Below are positions 56,775 through 64,000 of a stretch of DNA of 64,000 nt, one piece after another. Position 1 is the stretch's first letter; every line of letters begins with the position of its first letter. Source of the DNA: a virus (Duplodnaviria > Heunggongvirae > Uroviricota > Caudoviricetes). Made by a program: the position numbers and the translations under genes. Location: IMG/VR virus record IMGVR_UViG_3300010885_072628; one strand, given 5' to 3'. A model generated the notes under the pieces. That model was not told the DNA's origin. It ran no database searches and was given only the letters and a program-made list of their open reading frames with translations.

Positions 56775-57559
56775 CTAGAATAATTGATTGTTTTATTTTC
56801 TACAACGAATTAGACTTGCTAAAATATAGACTTGATTTGTTAAATGATGTTGTAGATTATTTTGTAATTGTTGAATCTACGCATACTTTTGTTGGAAAAG
56901 AAAAAAGGCTATTTTTCAACGAAAACAAACATCTATTTGATAGTGAAAAAATAATCCATATTATTGTGGATGATTTTCCATATAAACATCCTAACAATGT
57001 GGATGTTTGGCAAAATGAATATTTTCAAAGGAATGCTATTCAAAGAGGAATAGATCTAGTAAAAGATATATCCGATGAAGATGTAATAATACTATCAGAT
57101 GCAGATGAAATTCCTGATCCACACACTTTGATCAAAATCAAAAAAGGCGATATATTAGTTGATCTTCATACGCTTCAAATGGATTTGTACTATTATAATT
57201 TAAATACAATATTTCAAAGTAAATGGACTTTATGTAAAATTGTATCGTATAAAAAATACAAGGAATTAAATATCAGTTGCAACGATATTAGAAATAAAAA
57301 GTGTGATGAAGAAATCTTAAATGGTGGATGGCATTTATCTTATTTTGGCGACAAGCACTTTATTCAAAATAAGATTCAAAATTTCTCACATCAGGAACTC
57401 AATAACTCAGAGTATACGGAGTTAGATAAAATTGAAGAAAGAATGAATAATTCTAAAGATTTATATGATAGAAATTACTTAGATATGAGTTATATAAAAA
57501 TAGAAGATAACAAGTATTTGCCTAAAGATTATCAAAAGCTAGTTGGATTTTATATATGA
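56771..57559 (+). CDS. glycosyltransferase family 17-like (GnT-III-like)
   Basis: IIDCFIFYNELDLLKYRLDLLNDVVDYFVIVESTHTFVGKEKRLFF matches the GT17 F.NELDLLE.RL..L...VD.FVIVES..TF.G..K.L signature. Confidence 0.6.
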   Translation: MTRIIDCFIFYNELDLLKYRLDLLNDVVDYFVIVESTHTFVGKEKRLFFNENKHLFDSEKIIHIIVDDFPYKHPNNVDVWQNEYFQRNAIQRGIDLVKDISDEDVIILSDADEIPDPHTLIKIKKGDILVDLHTLQMDLYYYNLNTIFQSKWTLCKIVSYKKYKELNISCNDIRNKKCDEEILNGGWHLSYFGDKHFIQNKIQNFSHQELNNSEYTELDKIEERMNNSKDLYDRNYLDMSYIKIEDNKYLPKDYQKLVGFYI

Positions 57560-57789
57560 ACATTTGTGCAACTACTGGCAAGACCATATATTCTGACGAG
57601 AAGCAAGCTGCTAAAGGTCTAGACAGAATGGTTGAACGAGTTCCAGATTATGATGGCGAGCCTTATTATTGTTTGTATTGTGCCAACTATCATTTCGGAA
57701 GAAGAAAAGATAGAGTCAAAAAAAAAAAGAAAAAGAACTTAGATGTTTGGGTTCTTAGAAAAACAAATTTCTCCTTCTTCATCTACTGA
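57556..57789 (+). CDS. hypothetical small protein
   Basis: 77-aa ORF. Contains a homopolymer run (A10GA5). Confidence 0.25.
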   Translation: MNICATTGKTIYSDEKQAAKGLDRMVERVPDYDGEPYYCLYCANYHFGRRKDRVKKKKKKNLDVWVLRKTNFSFFIY

Positions 57790-58044
57790 AATTAAAACTT
57801 TGTTTTCTAGAAAGTTTTTCAATAGTATTGTTCCAACTCTTGCACATGTAGCCCATTGAACAACTTTCATTGCCTCTGATACTGCATCGCCGTGATTTTT
57901 GTTGTTAATAATGAAGTTTTGTAAAACCTGCTTAACTTCTTCCTCAGAAAGAGCAATATATTTGTTTTCTTCTTCGCACCAATATAGATCATCTGCTGCG
58001 ATTATGTTGTTCAGTGTTGCTAGATATTTTTCGTAATTTTCCAT
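57739..58044 (-). CDS. hypothetical protein
   Basis: 101-aa ORF, convergent with the long operon. Confidence 0.35.
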   Translation of the reverse strand: MENYEKYLATLNNIIAADDLYWCEEENKYIALSEEEVKQVLQNFIINNKNHGDAVSEAMKVVQWATCARVGTILLKNFLENKVLISVDEEGEICFSKNPNI

Positions 58045-58237
58045 TGTTTTCTCCTATAACTATTCTAGTTATATCTGGAGAAAATACAATTGGAAAAAAT
58101 AAAAATATTATTATTATTGTCGCTTTTGTTTCTTTGTTTTGTTTTTGCTTATAGCGAGTCTTTATTTCATATGATTTTGTCGATATGTATAATGGATTTT
58201 TTTATTTTTTGTTTAGCTAGATTTTTTGAAGAATACG

Positions 58238-58822
58238 TTAAATCCAAAGACTGAGTGGGCACCATATTTTATTGCTTATTCCTATCTTCCTTAATCCTAG
58301 ATTCACCCAATTATTACATGTGTTAATACAATTGTATTTTAAGTTTGATTTGAAATATGTGCCATTTTGGTAATCGGTTTTCTTTTTTTCTATTGGTTGC
58401 AGGTCTGAGATAGAGGAATCTACATACTTTTTAAGTATATTTAATTGGTTTTCATTTATTTTATATTTTTTAATTTTCTTTTTTGGCGTTTCATTTATGT
58501 GTTCTATTCTTACAACTGTTTGGTTGAGACCGAAGAATGCTTTGATGAAATCTATAGCTTTTAATTCGTTCCATGATTGTATTTCCAAGAATATTCTCTT
58601 ATCTCCCCAGCCAAACATTGTGTATTGCATGTCTGTTGAGATGTTTAAATGTTTTGATTCAATCATAAAATCAGAATGGATTGCATCTTTGATTACAAAT
58701 AGATCTATATTTCCATTTGTTGATTTTAATGTAAATGGATATCTGAGAAAAAAAGATATTAGGCACAAAACTCCGTACAATACAAACAGAGGGCTTAAAA
58801 TGAGTAGAAGTATTTTATCCAT
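58238..58822 (-). CDS. membrane protein (N-terminal TM)
   Basis: MDKILLLILSPLFVLYGVLCLISFFL. Preferred over the overlapping + strand ORF 58497..58838. Confidence 0.4.
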   Translation of the reverse strand: MDKILLLILSPLFVLYGVLCLISFFLRYPFTLKSTNGNIDLFVIKDAIHSDFMIESKHLNISTDMQYTMFGWGDKRIFLEIQSWNELKAIDFIKAFFGLNQTVVRIEHINETPKKKIKKYKINENQLNILKKYVDSSISDLQPIEKKKTDYQNGTYFKSNLKYNCINTCNNWVNLGLRKIGISNKIWCPLSLWI

Positions 58823-58910
58823 TCTGTTATTTAGATAGGCAATTTCAAAATTTGATTTTTATGCCCTATCAGGGGTTTGCCTTGTCGTCTGCAAATAAGC
58901 GGCGGCGGCT

Positions 58911-58956
58911 AATTTCAAAATTTGATTTTGCTCGAAAAAAATTGTACCCTATAAGC
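58911..58956 (+). promoter_or_regulatory. copy 6 of the motif (AAAAAAATTGTACCCTATAAGC), with an upstream AATTTCAAAATTTGATTTTG. A second copy of that upstream element lies at 58838-58858.
   Basis: Core 58935-58956. Heads the second GRWPEAE-family cluster. Confidence 0.45.
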
Positions 58957-59001
58957 GGAGGAGCACACTGGTTTGTTTCGCCTTATTCATTGTAGAGGAA
59001 A

Positions 59002-59391
59002 ATGATGGATGATTGCCTAAAGGTCTCGGACCCATTAGGAATTTTGTGTAGATCAAAAAGAGGTTATGGCCAAGAGCCATGGTACGAAACTATAAGGATT
59101 TTGAATCAAATGACGCCAACAGAAGCGTATTATTACTTCATGGTCGAGATAACTGATCCTCTGACTCAGTGGGCAAGAATTAGTGATAAAAAAGCTACAG
59201 AGATTGAGGACATCATAATGACTGATTCGTATGAGATCTGGAGATATGCCAGAGATTTTAAAAAGGGTAGACTACCAGACAAGATGCACAATATGATGTT
59301 GTTACATGCTATAGAGAATCCAGATAGATCATGTGTAAGAAACTATTTTAATTTGATCAATGATAAAAACAAAATAACGCCACACGGCTGA
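59002..59391 (+). CDS. GRWPEAE-family small protein (one repeat plus an RLPDKMHNMM C-terminal module)
   Basis: QMTPTEAYYYF...IEDIIMTDSYEIWRYARDFKKGRLPDKMHNMMLLHAIENPDRSCVRNYF. Confidence 0.45.
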   Translation: MMDDCLKVSDPLGILCRSKRGYGQEPWYETIRILNQMTPTEAYYYFMVEITDPLTQWARISDKKATEIEDIIMTDSYEIWRYARDFKKGRLPDKMHNMMLLHAIENPDRSCVRNYFNLINDKNKITPHG

Positions 59392-59558
59392 GTCTCCTGC
59401 GAAAAGCGCTGGGAGGAGAGTATTTAATGACACCACAAAAAATGTTAGATGTTCCAGCATGTAGAGCATTTCACGAAACGTGCAGATATGCCAGAAGTTA
59501 CTGGTCTGGTTTTAAACTTTTTTAACTATATGTAAAAAAATTATTTTGAGTTTATCAA

Positions 59559-60014
59559 ATGACACTAACATGCACATGCGAGATTTGTAAGCGTCTCGAA
59601 GAGATCTTGCCGGCGAGTTTTCTCTCCCGACTTTCACGTACTCGTACAATTAACCACGAGGATGAAGCTAATCGAGTACACGATACACGTGTGACGCTTG
59701 TATTGGACTCCTTCAATACAGCATTAGCTGATGGTTTTTCAATTGGTAAAAGATCACCAGAACTTGAAGACATTATTGCGACTATTCCGTGTACTGCTAC
59801 CGAGTATGCTATAAAAATAATTAATGGCAGATGGGAGAAAGCAGAAGATGTCATTATGACTGATTCAGCCAACAGCAACTCTTACTCCAGATATGCCATT
59901 AAAGACAAACTACCGGACAAGATGCACAAGATGATGTTGTTACATGCAATCAAAAATCCAAAAGATGACCATGTAATAGATTATTTTCAGAGATGCTATA
60001 CGAAATCCAAATGA
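59559..60014 (+). CDS. GRWPEAE-family small protein
   Basis: RSPELEDIIATIP...AIKIINGRWEKAEDVIMTDS...IKDKLPDKMHKMMLLHAIKNPKDDHVIDYF. Confidence 0.45.
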   Translation: MTLTCTCEICKRLEEILPASFLSRLSRTRTINHEDEANRVHDTRVTLVLDSFNTALADGFSIGKRSPELEDIIATIPCTATEYAIKIINGRWEKAEDVIMTDSANSNSYSRYAIKDKLPDKMHKMMLLHAIKNPKDDHVIDYFQRCYTKSK

Positions 60015-60047
60015 TGATTATGTAAAAGACTATTTCGAGTTTATCAA

Positions 60048-60347
60048 ATGACACCAGAAGAAGCATACTTAAAAGCTTGGCGTGCTGGTAAAAGATTGCC
60101 AGAACTTGAAAGTATTGTGCTAACCAGTCCAGAGAATTCCTGCTGTTATGCTATCGGCATTATCAAAAGCAGATGGGTTGAAGCCGAAGATCTCATAATA
60201 ACTGATTCGAATTTATCTCTAGTCTACGCTAGATACGCAATCAAAGACAAACTCCCAGAAAAGATGCACAATATGATGATACTATACGCTATACGAAATC
60301 CAAATGATGATTGTGTAAAAGACTATTTCGAGTGGGTGAATACATGA
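60048..60347 (+). CDS. GRWPEAE-family small protein
   Basis: MTPEEAY...RLPELESIVLTSP...IIKSRWVEAEDLIITDS...KLPEKMHNMMILYAIRNPNDDCVKDYF. Confidence 0.45.
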   Translation: MTPEEAYLKAWRAGKRLPELESIVLTSPENSCCYAIGIIKSRWVEAEDLIITDSNLSLVYARYAIKDKLPEKMHNMMILYAIRNPNDDCVKDYFEWVNT

Positions 60348-60538
60348 TGATTGGTGAAGTTAAAAAGTGGGCAAAAGCAAAGGGTTACGAGGTTAAGAAT
60401 TCCAATGGTGGTTATTCTTGGCGAAAAGACTCAGAAGCTGAAACGAAGTGGTCTTGTGATGTCGATAATTTGGTAAAAGACATATTCAACCACGCTACAG
60501 ACAACAAGTGGTTAGAGTATCAGAAAAAAAATCAATGA
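60311..60538 (+). CDS. hypothetical small protein
   Basis: 75-aa ORF between family members. Confidence 0.3.
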   Translation: MCKRLFRVGEYMMIGEVKKWAKAKGYEVKNSNGGYSWRKDSEAETKWSCDVDNLVKDIFNHATDNKWLEYQKKNQ

Positions 60539-60891
60539 CACCAATACAAGCATACGAAACAGCAAAATTACTAGGAGAACGATTGCCAGAACTTGAAAGT
60601 TGTATACTGACAAGTTCTCATTATAGTTATTTCTATGCCCTAGATATAATTAAAGGTAGATGGCCTGAAGCAGAAGATGTTATAATGGAAAGTCAAAAAA
60701 TGTCTCTGCTTTATGCGGTATTCTTAATCAAAGGTAGACTGCCAGAGAAAATGCACAACATGATGATTTTATATGTTGTGCAAGACAGTAAAGACTGGGC
60801 GGCGGAATACTTTAGATTCCTAGAAGGCACTTCGCATCGCCGGCCGCATTCTGCGATTCCTTGCCAGCCTGCGTGGGTACTACTTCCATAA
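60535..60891 (+). CDS. GRWPEAE-family small protein
   Basis: MTPIQAY...RLPELESCILTSS...IIKGRWPEAEDVIMESQ...GRLPEKMHNMMILYVV. ATG at 60535. Confidence 0.45.
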   Translation: MTPIQAYETAKLLGERLPELESCILTSSHYSYFYALDIIKGRWPEAEDVIMESQKMSLLYAVFLIKGRLPEKMHNMMILYVVQDSKDWAAEYFRFLEGTSHRRPHSAIPCQPAWVLLP

Positions 60892-60894
60892 GTT

Positions 60895-61158
60895 TTGCTA
60901 TTGTTTTTCTGCTTTAATTTAGCTACAATTACAAAGGAAAAGAAAATGATTTTTGATAAAATTTCTAAATTGTTTAAGACAAAAACTCCTCAAGAAAAAC
61001 TTTTGGAAGCACAGACCAAAATTGAAAAAATGAGAGATGATTTCGTTGGCAAACTAAAAGTAGTTGAAGATTTGTATAAAGATACATACCACACTACAGT
61101 TACAACTACAACATACAAATCCAAGTTTAAAAAGCGAGATCCATCTAGAAGGTGGTAA
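60895..61158 (+). CDS. hypothetical small protein
   Basis: 87-aa ORF (likely ATG at 60946). Confidence 0.3.
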   Translation: MLLFFCFNLATITKEKKMIFDKISKLFKTKTPQEKLLEAQTKIEKMRDDFVGKLKVVEDLYKDTYHTTVTTTTYKSKFKKRDPSRRW

Positions 61159-61161
61159 AAG

Positions 61162-62049
61162 ATGATATTAGATAAACTTAATAAAAAGAATCTGATAACG
61201 GCTCCTAATTTTGTTGTGTCAAACACACACTATATGGTGCTAATGGGAAGCGTTGCCTATGGAGTAAGCACAGATACAAGCGACCAAGACATCTATGGCT
61301 TTTGTATTCCCTCTAAAGACATTGTTTTTCCACATCTTACTGGAGAAATACAAGGATTTGGTAAACAAAAATCAAGATTTGAGCAATGGCAACAAGCTCA
61401 TATAAAAGATGGAATAGAAGAATATGATTTTACGATTTATTCTATAGTGAAATACTTTAATTTGTGCATGGAAAACAACCCTAATATGGTTGATTCTCTT
61501 TTTGTGCCGCAAAATTATATTTTACATTCAACATATGTTGGAAATCTTGTAAGAGAAAATAGAAAGAAATTCTTGCATAAAGGTATGTGGCACAAATTTA
61601 AGGGCTACGCCTACAGTATGTTGAAAAAAGCAAAAGAAAAAAATCCTGATTCTGGAACTAAACGAAGAGAGTTGGTAGAAAAGTATGGATTTGATACAAA
61701 GTATTGCTACCATTTAGTTAGGCTTTTGTCTCAAGCTGAACAGATGTTGGTCGAAGGAGATTTAGATTTGCAAGAGGTTGGTAGAAGAGAACACATGAAG
61801 GCTATTCGAAGAGGTGATGTGTCGCTAGAAGATATCGAGAGATGGGCGGCAGACAAAGAAAAAGATTTAGAGAAATTGTATCATTCTTCATCTTTACCGT
61901 GGGGTCCAGACGAGGAATATATCAAACAACTACTAATAAATTGCTTAGAACACCACTATGGTTCTATAGATAATTGTGTGACAATACAGAACAAAGAAGA
62001 ATTAGCCCTGAAAGAAATTAAAGATATTATAGGTAAATATAAAATATGA
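61162..62049 (+). CDS. predicted nucleotidyltransferase (RlaP/pfam10127-like)
   Basis: VLMGSVAYGVSTDTSDQDIYGF (GS.AYG..T..SD.D) nucleotidyltransferase signature. Confidence 0.5.
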   Translation: MILDKLNKKNLITAPNFVVSNTHYMVLMGSVAYGVSTDTSDQDIYGFCIPSKDIVFPHLTGEIQGFGKQKSRFEQWQQAHIKDGIEEYDFTIYSIVKYFNLCMENNPNMVDSLFVPQNYILHSTYVGNLVRENRKKFLHKGMWHKFKGYAYSMLKKAKEKNPDSGTKRRELVEKYGFDTKYCYHLVRLLSQAEQMLVEGDLDLQEVGRREHMKAIRRGDVSLEDIERWAADKEKDLEKLYHSSSLPWGPDEEYIKQLLINCLEHHYGSIDNCVTIQNKEELALKEIKDIIGKYKI

Positions 62050-62197
62050 ATACTAAAAAAGACATAAAATCTATTTCGAATCCGTTAGAACATATTCTCG
62101 AAGTAGCAGACAGCTACTTTAAAGATAAGTTTCTAATTCTAAATGCTAGAGACGAGTTAAAAAGATTGAAGCTCATGCTGAAGAATTGCAAAGAAAA

Positions 62198-62914
62198 ATG
62201 AGAATAATAGATTCTGTTATTCCTTTTTGTTCTTATAGCAGCAAATTCGTCAATAGAACTATAGACGGTGTTAGACCTATATCTAAATCCATATATGTAG
62301 TCTACAGCGACAAACTAGCTAGTGGTGAAAAAGACGATGAAAATGCTATTGAATTAGTCAAAAAAGAAAATCCTGATTGTAATTTTGTGAAAATAGATTA
62401 CTTTAAGAGCATGTACGCAGTCCATCAAAGATATATCGGTTACTCATTGTCTACTGCTGATTATTTGCTTTTTGTAGACGCAGACGAGGTTTTTGAAAAA
62501 GATAGATTATCTGATTGGGTTAATAATAAATCTGAATTTTTAGATGTTACATCTTTTGCAAATTATTGGTATTTTAGATCTGAAGATTATCAAGCAACAA
62601 AATATGAAGATAGTCCTGTGATGGTCAAAAGAAGTTCTATCACGCAGAGTATGCTATTTCATTCTTCGGAGCGAGGAATATACAAATATTCAGGCTTAGA
62701 ATGCGAACTAGGAGCGAAAGGATTTGATGGCAAGCCCATGTGTCATCATTATAGTTGGGCGTTAAATAAAGAAGAAATGCTTGTCAAAGTTAAAAATTGG
62801 AGCCATAAAAACGACAGAAATTGGCAACAATTAATAGAAGATGAGTTTTCAAGAGATTTTAGCGGAACAGATTTTGTGCATGGTTATTCATATTTGGAGC
62901 TAAAAAATGTATGA
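62198..62914 (+). CDS. putative glycosyltransferase
   Basis: LLFVDADEVF DxD-type motif. ATG at 62198. Confidence 0.4.
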   Translation: MRIIDSVIPFCSYSSKFVNRTIDGVRPISKSIYVVYSDKLASGEKDDENAIELVKKENPDCNFVKIDYFKSMYAVHQRYIGYSLSTADYLLFVDADEVFEKDRLSDWVNNKSEFLDVTSFANYWYFRSEDYQATKYEDSPVMVKRSSITQSMLFHSSERGIYKYSGLECELGAKGFDGKPMCHHYSWALNKEEMLVKVKNWSHKNDRNWQQLIEDEFSRDFSGTDFVHGYSYLELKNV

Positions 62915-63155
62915 AATTGTTTTGACATTCGGAACTAACTTTTCTTTGTGCTTTAAAAGTTTTAATACGCCTGAATTAGCAAGAGATTTTTTGCTAAATT
63001 TCAGTAGATATAACGAAACATATGTCAGGTCGCAACTTCACAACATAGAAACAGACGAGTGGTTTGATTTCGATAAGTATGGTAACATAGAACCTCAAAC
63101 CCACATGAAATTGCCCATGTTCGCCTTTTTTAATTCTTTTTTCAAAAAATCATGA
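62907..63155 (+). CDS. hypothetical small protein
   Basis: 82-aa ORF. Confidence 0.3.
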   Translation: MYEIVLTFGTNFSLCFKSFNTPELARDFLLNFSRYNETYVRSQLHNIETDEWFDFDKYGNIEPQTHMKLPMFAFFNSFFKKS

Positions 63156-63757
63156 AAAACGTAACACTGATTGGAGATCTGCACGGAAAATATAAGAGAT
63201 ATCACGAAATAATTCGTGAGAAAGATCGTCATCCACACACAATTCAGCTAGGCGATTTTGGATTTGATTACCGTACTTTAGATAATGTTGATCCAAAAAA
63301 TCATGTTTTTGTAGGCGGCAATCACGATAATTACGATAAAATAAATAGTGTTCCAAATTACCTTGGAGACTACGGCTACACAGTTGATTTTCACGGAATA
63401 GATTTCTTTTTTTATCGGGGAGCGTACAGTGTAGACCGACAAGATAGAACTATTGGAATTGACTGGTGGGAGCAGGAGCAACTTAAAATCGAAGACTTTA
63501 TGAAGGCTAGAGAACTCTACAGAGATATTAAACCAGATATCATGCTAACCCATGATTGTCCAGAAAGTCTTTATAGTTATATTCTTCCCGCAGGCTCCCA
63601 TCCTTATCATAATATCACTAGTTGGGCTTTGCAGGAGTTATTTAATATTCATCAGCCGAAGATTTGGAGATTTGGACATTTCCATCATAGTTGGCAAATG
63701 ACTATAAACGGAACAGATTTCAGGTGTTTAGACGAACTGGAGACAGAAAAAATATGA
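63152..63757 (+). CDS. metallophosphoesterase (calcineurin-like phosphoesterase)
   Basis: LIGDLHGKY (GDxHG), QLGDFG (GDxxD), GGNHDN (GNH[DE]) motifs. Confidence 0.65.
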   Translation: MKNVTLIGDLHGKYKRYHEIIREKDRHPHTIQLGDFGFDYRTLDNVDPKNHVFVGGNHDNYDKINSVPNYLGDYGYTVDFHGIDFFFYRGAYSVDRQDRTIGIDWWEQEQLKIEDFMKARELYRDIKPDIMLTHDCPESLYSYILPAGSHPYHNITSWALQELFNIHQPKIWRFGHFHHSWQMTINGTDFRCLDELETEKI

Positions 63758-64000
63758 GAATTTTTGAAAAAGATGGTAAGCATAATTTTGTTGACGAAAA
63801 CAACGTATATGTTGGTTATGATAGCTATCAAAGCTGTTGTGAAAATGCTAACTGGTTTATCGCTAGCAGCATTTTAGAAAAAATTCCCGATGCCTTTTTT
63901 GATGGCAACGTCGATGAAAATTCTTGCAAAAAAATTTCATCTTTGAAAAATGAAATGGTTGCCGCTTGGCAACAAATTTTCAAGCCAACCGATCTTGATG
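63754..64000 (+). CDS. hypothetical protein, 3'-partial at the window end
   Basis: ATGA-coupled ATG at 63754. Open to the window end. Confidence 0.3.
   Translation, partial: MRIFEKDGKHNFVDENNVYVGYDSYQSCCENANWFIASSILEKIPDAFFDGNVDENSCKKISSLKNEMVAAWQQIFKPTDLD

Noticed and set aside
58497-58838. + strand ORF overlapping the minus-strand membrane-protein gene
   Set aside because: Shorter, with no start context. The minus ORF has a clear N-terminal TM helix and is longer.
1-64000. Eukaryotic giant-virus origin (many GTs including GT17/GT92-like, fibre proteins with repeats, AT-rich)
   Set aside because: Bacterial-type sigma-70 factors, Shine-Dalgarno sites, Rho-independent terminators, ATGA translational coupling, SSB with acidic tail, RuvB homolog, lipobox/Tat signals and a bacterial-type tRNA all point to a bacteriophage.

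Overview
A 64-kb AT-rich (about 33% GC) segment that reads as part of a large (jumbo-type) bacteriophage genome, not a cellular chromosome or a eukaryotic giant virus. Evidence for this: virus-style gene packing with ATGA stop/start coupling; Shine-Dalgarno sites (AGGAGG before the S53 peptidase gene, AAGGAG before 23207); intrinsic terminators; at least one sigma-70 family factor, plus a second divergent sigma-like candidate; SSB, a RuvB-like ATPase and tail-fibre genes; one tRNA-Gln(UUG). Layout: 0-12 kb carries sigma factors, an HNH endonuclease, an S53 peptidase and a GC-rich foreign-looking gene. 11.5-24.5 kb carries fibre genes with Thr/Pro repeats embedded in a glycosylation island (at least 9 glycosyltransferases plus UDP-galactopyranose mutase). 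25.3-57.8 kb is one long rightward operon of about 75 small genes. Highlights: (i) An ADP-ribose/NAD-centred counter-defence cluster: a Prs-like kinase plus NAMPT (NARP1-like NAD+ reconstitution), a NADAR domain protein, a TARG1/DarG-like macro domain and two nucleoside-deoxyribosyltransferase-fold proteins. (ii) A 17-21-nt motif AAAAAAATTGTACCCTA(T/A)AAT present 6 times upstream of + strand genes and the tRNA: a candidate phage-specific promoter, possibly read by the phage sigma factor. One copy was duplicated together with a gene 3' end. (iii) A phased (about 35 bp) array of TTTGTGAAG direct repeats next to the SSB gene. (iv) A paralogous cassette family sharing a nucleotide-conserved 3' junction; one member needs a -1 frameshift on an A_AAA_AAC heptamer. 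(v) An expanded GRWPEAE helical-repeat protein family in two clusters. Most remaining ORFs are hypothetical.
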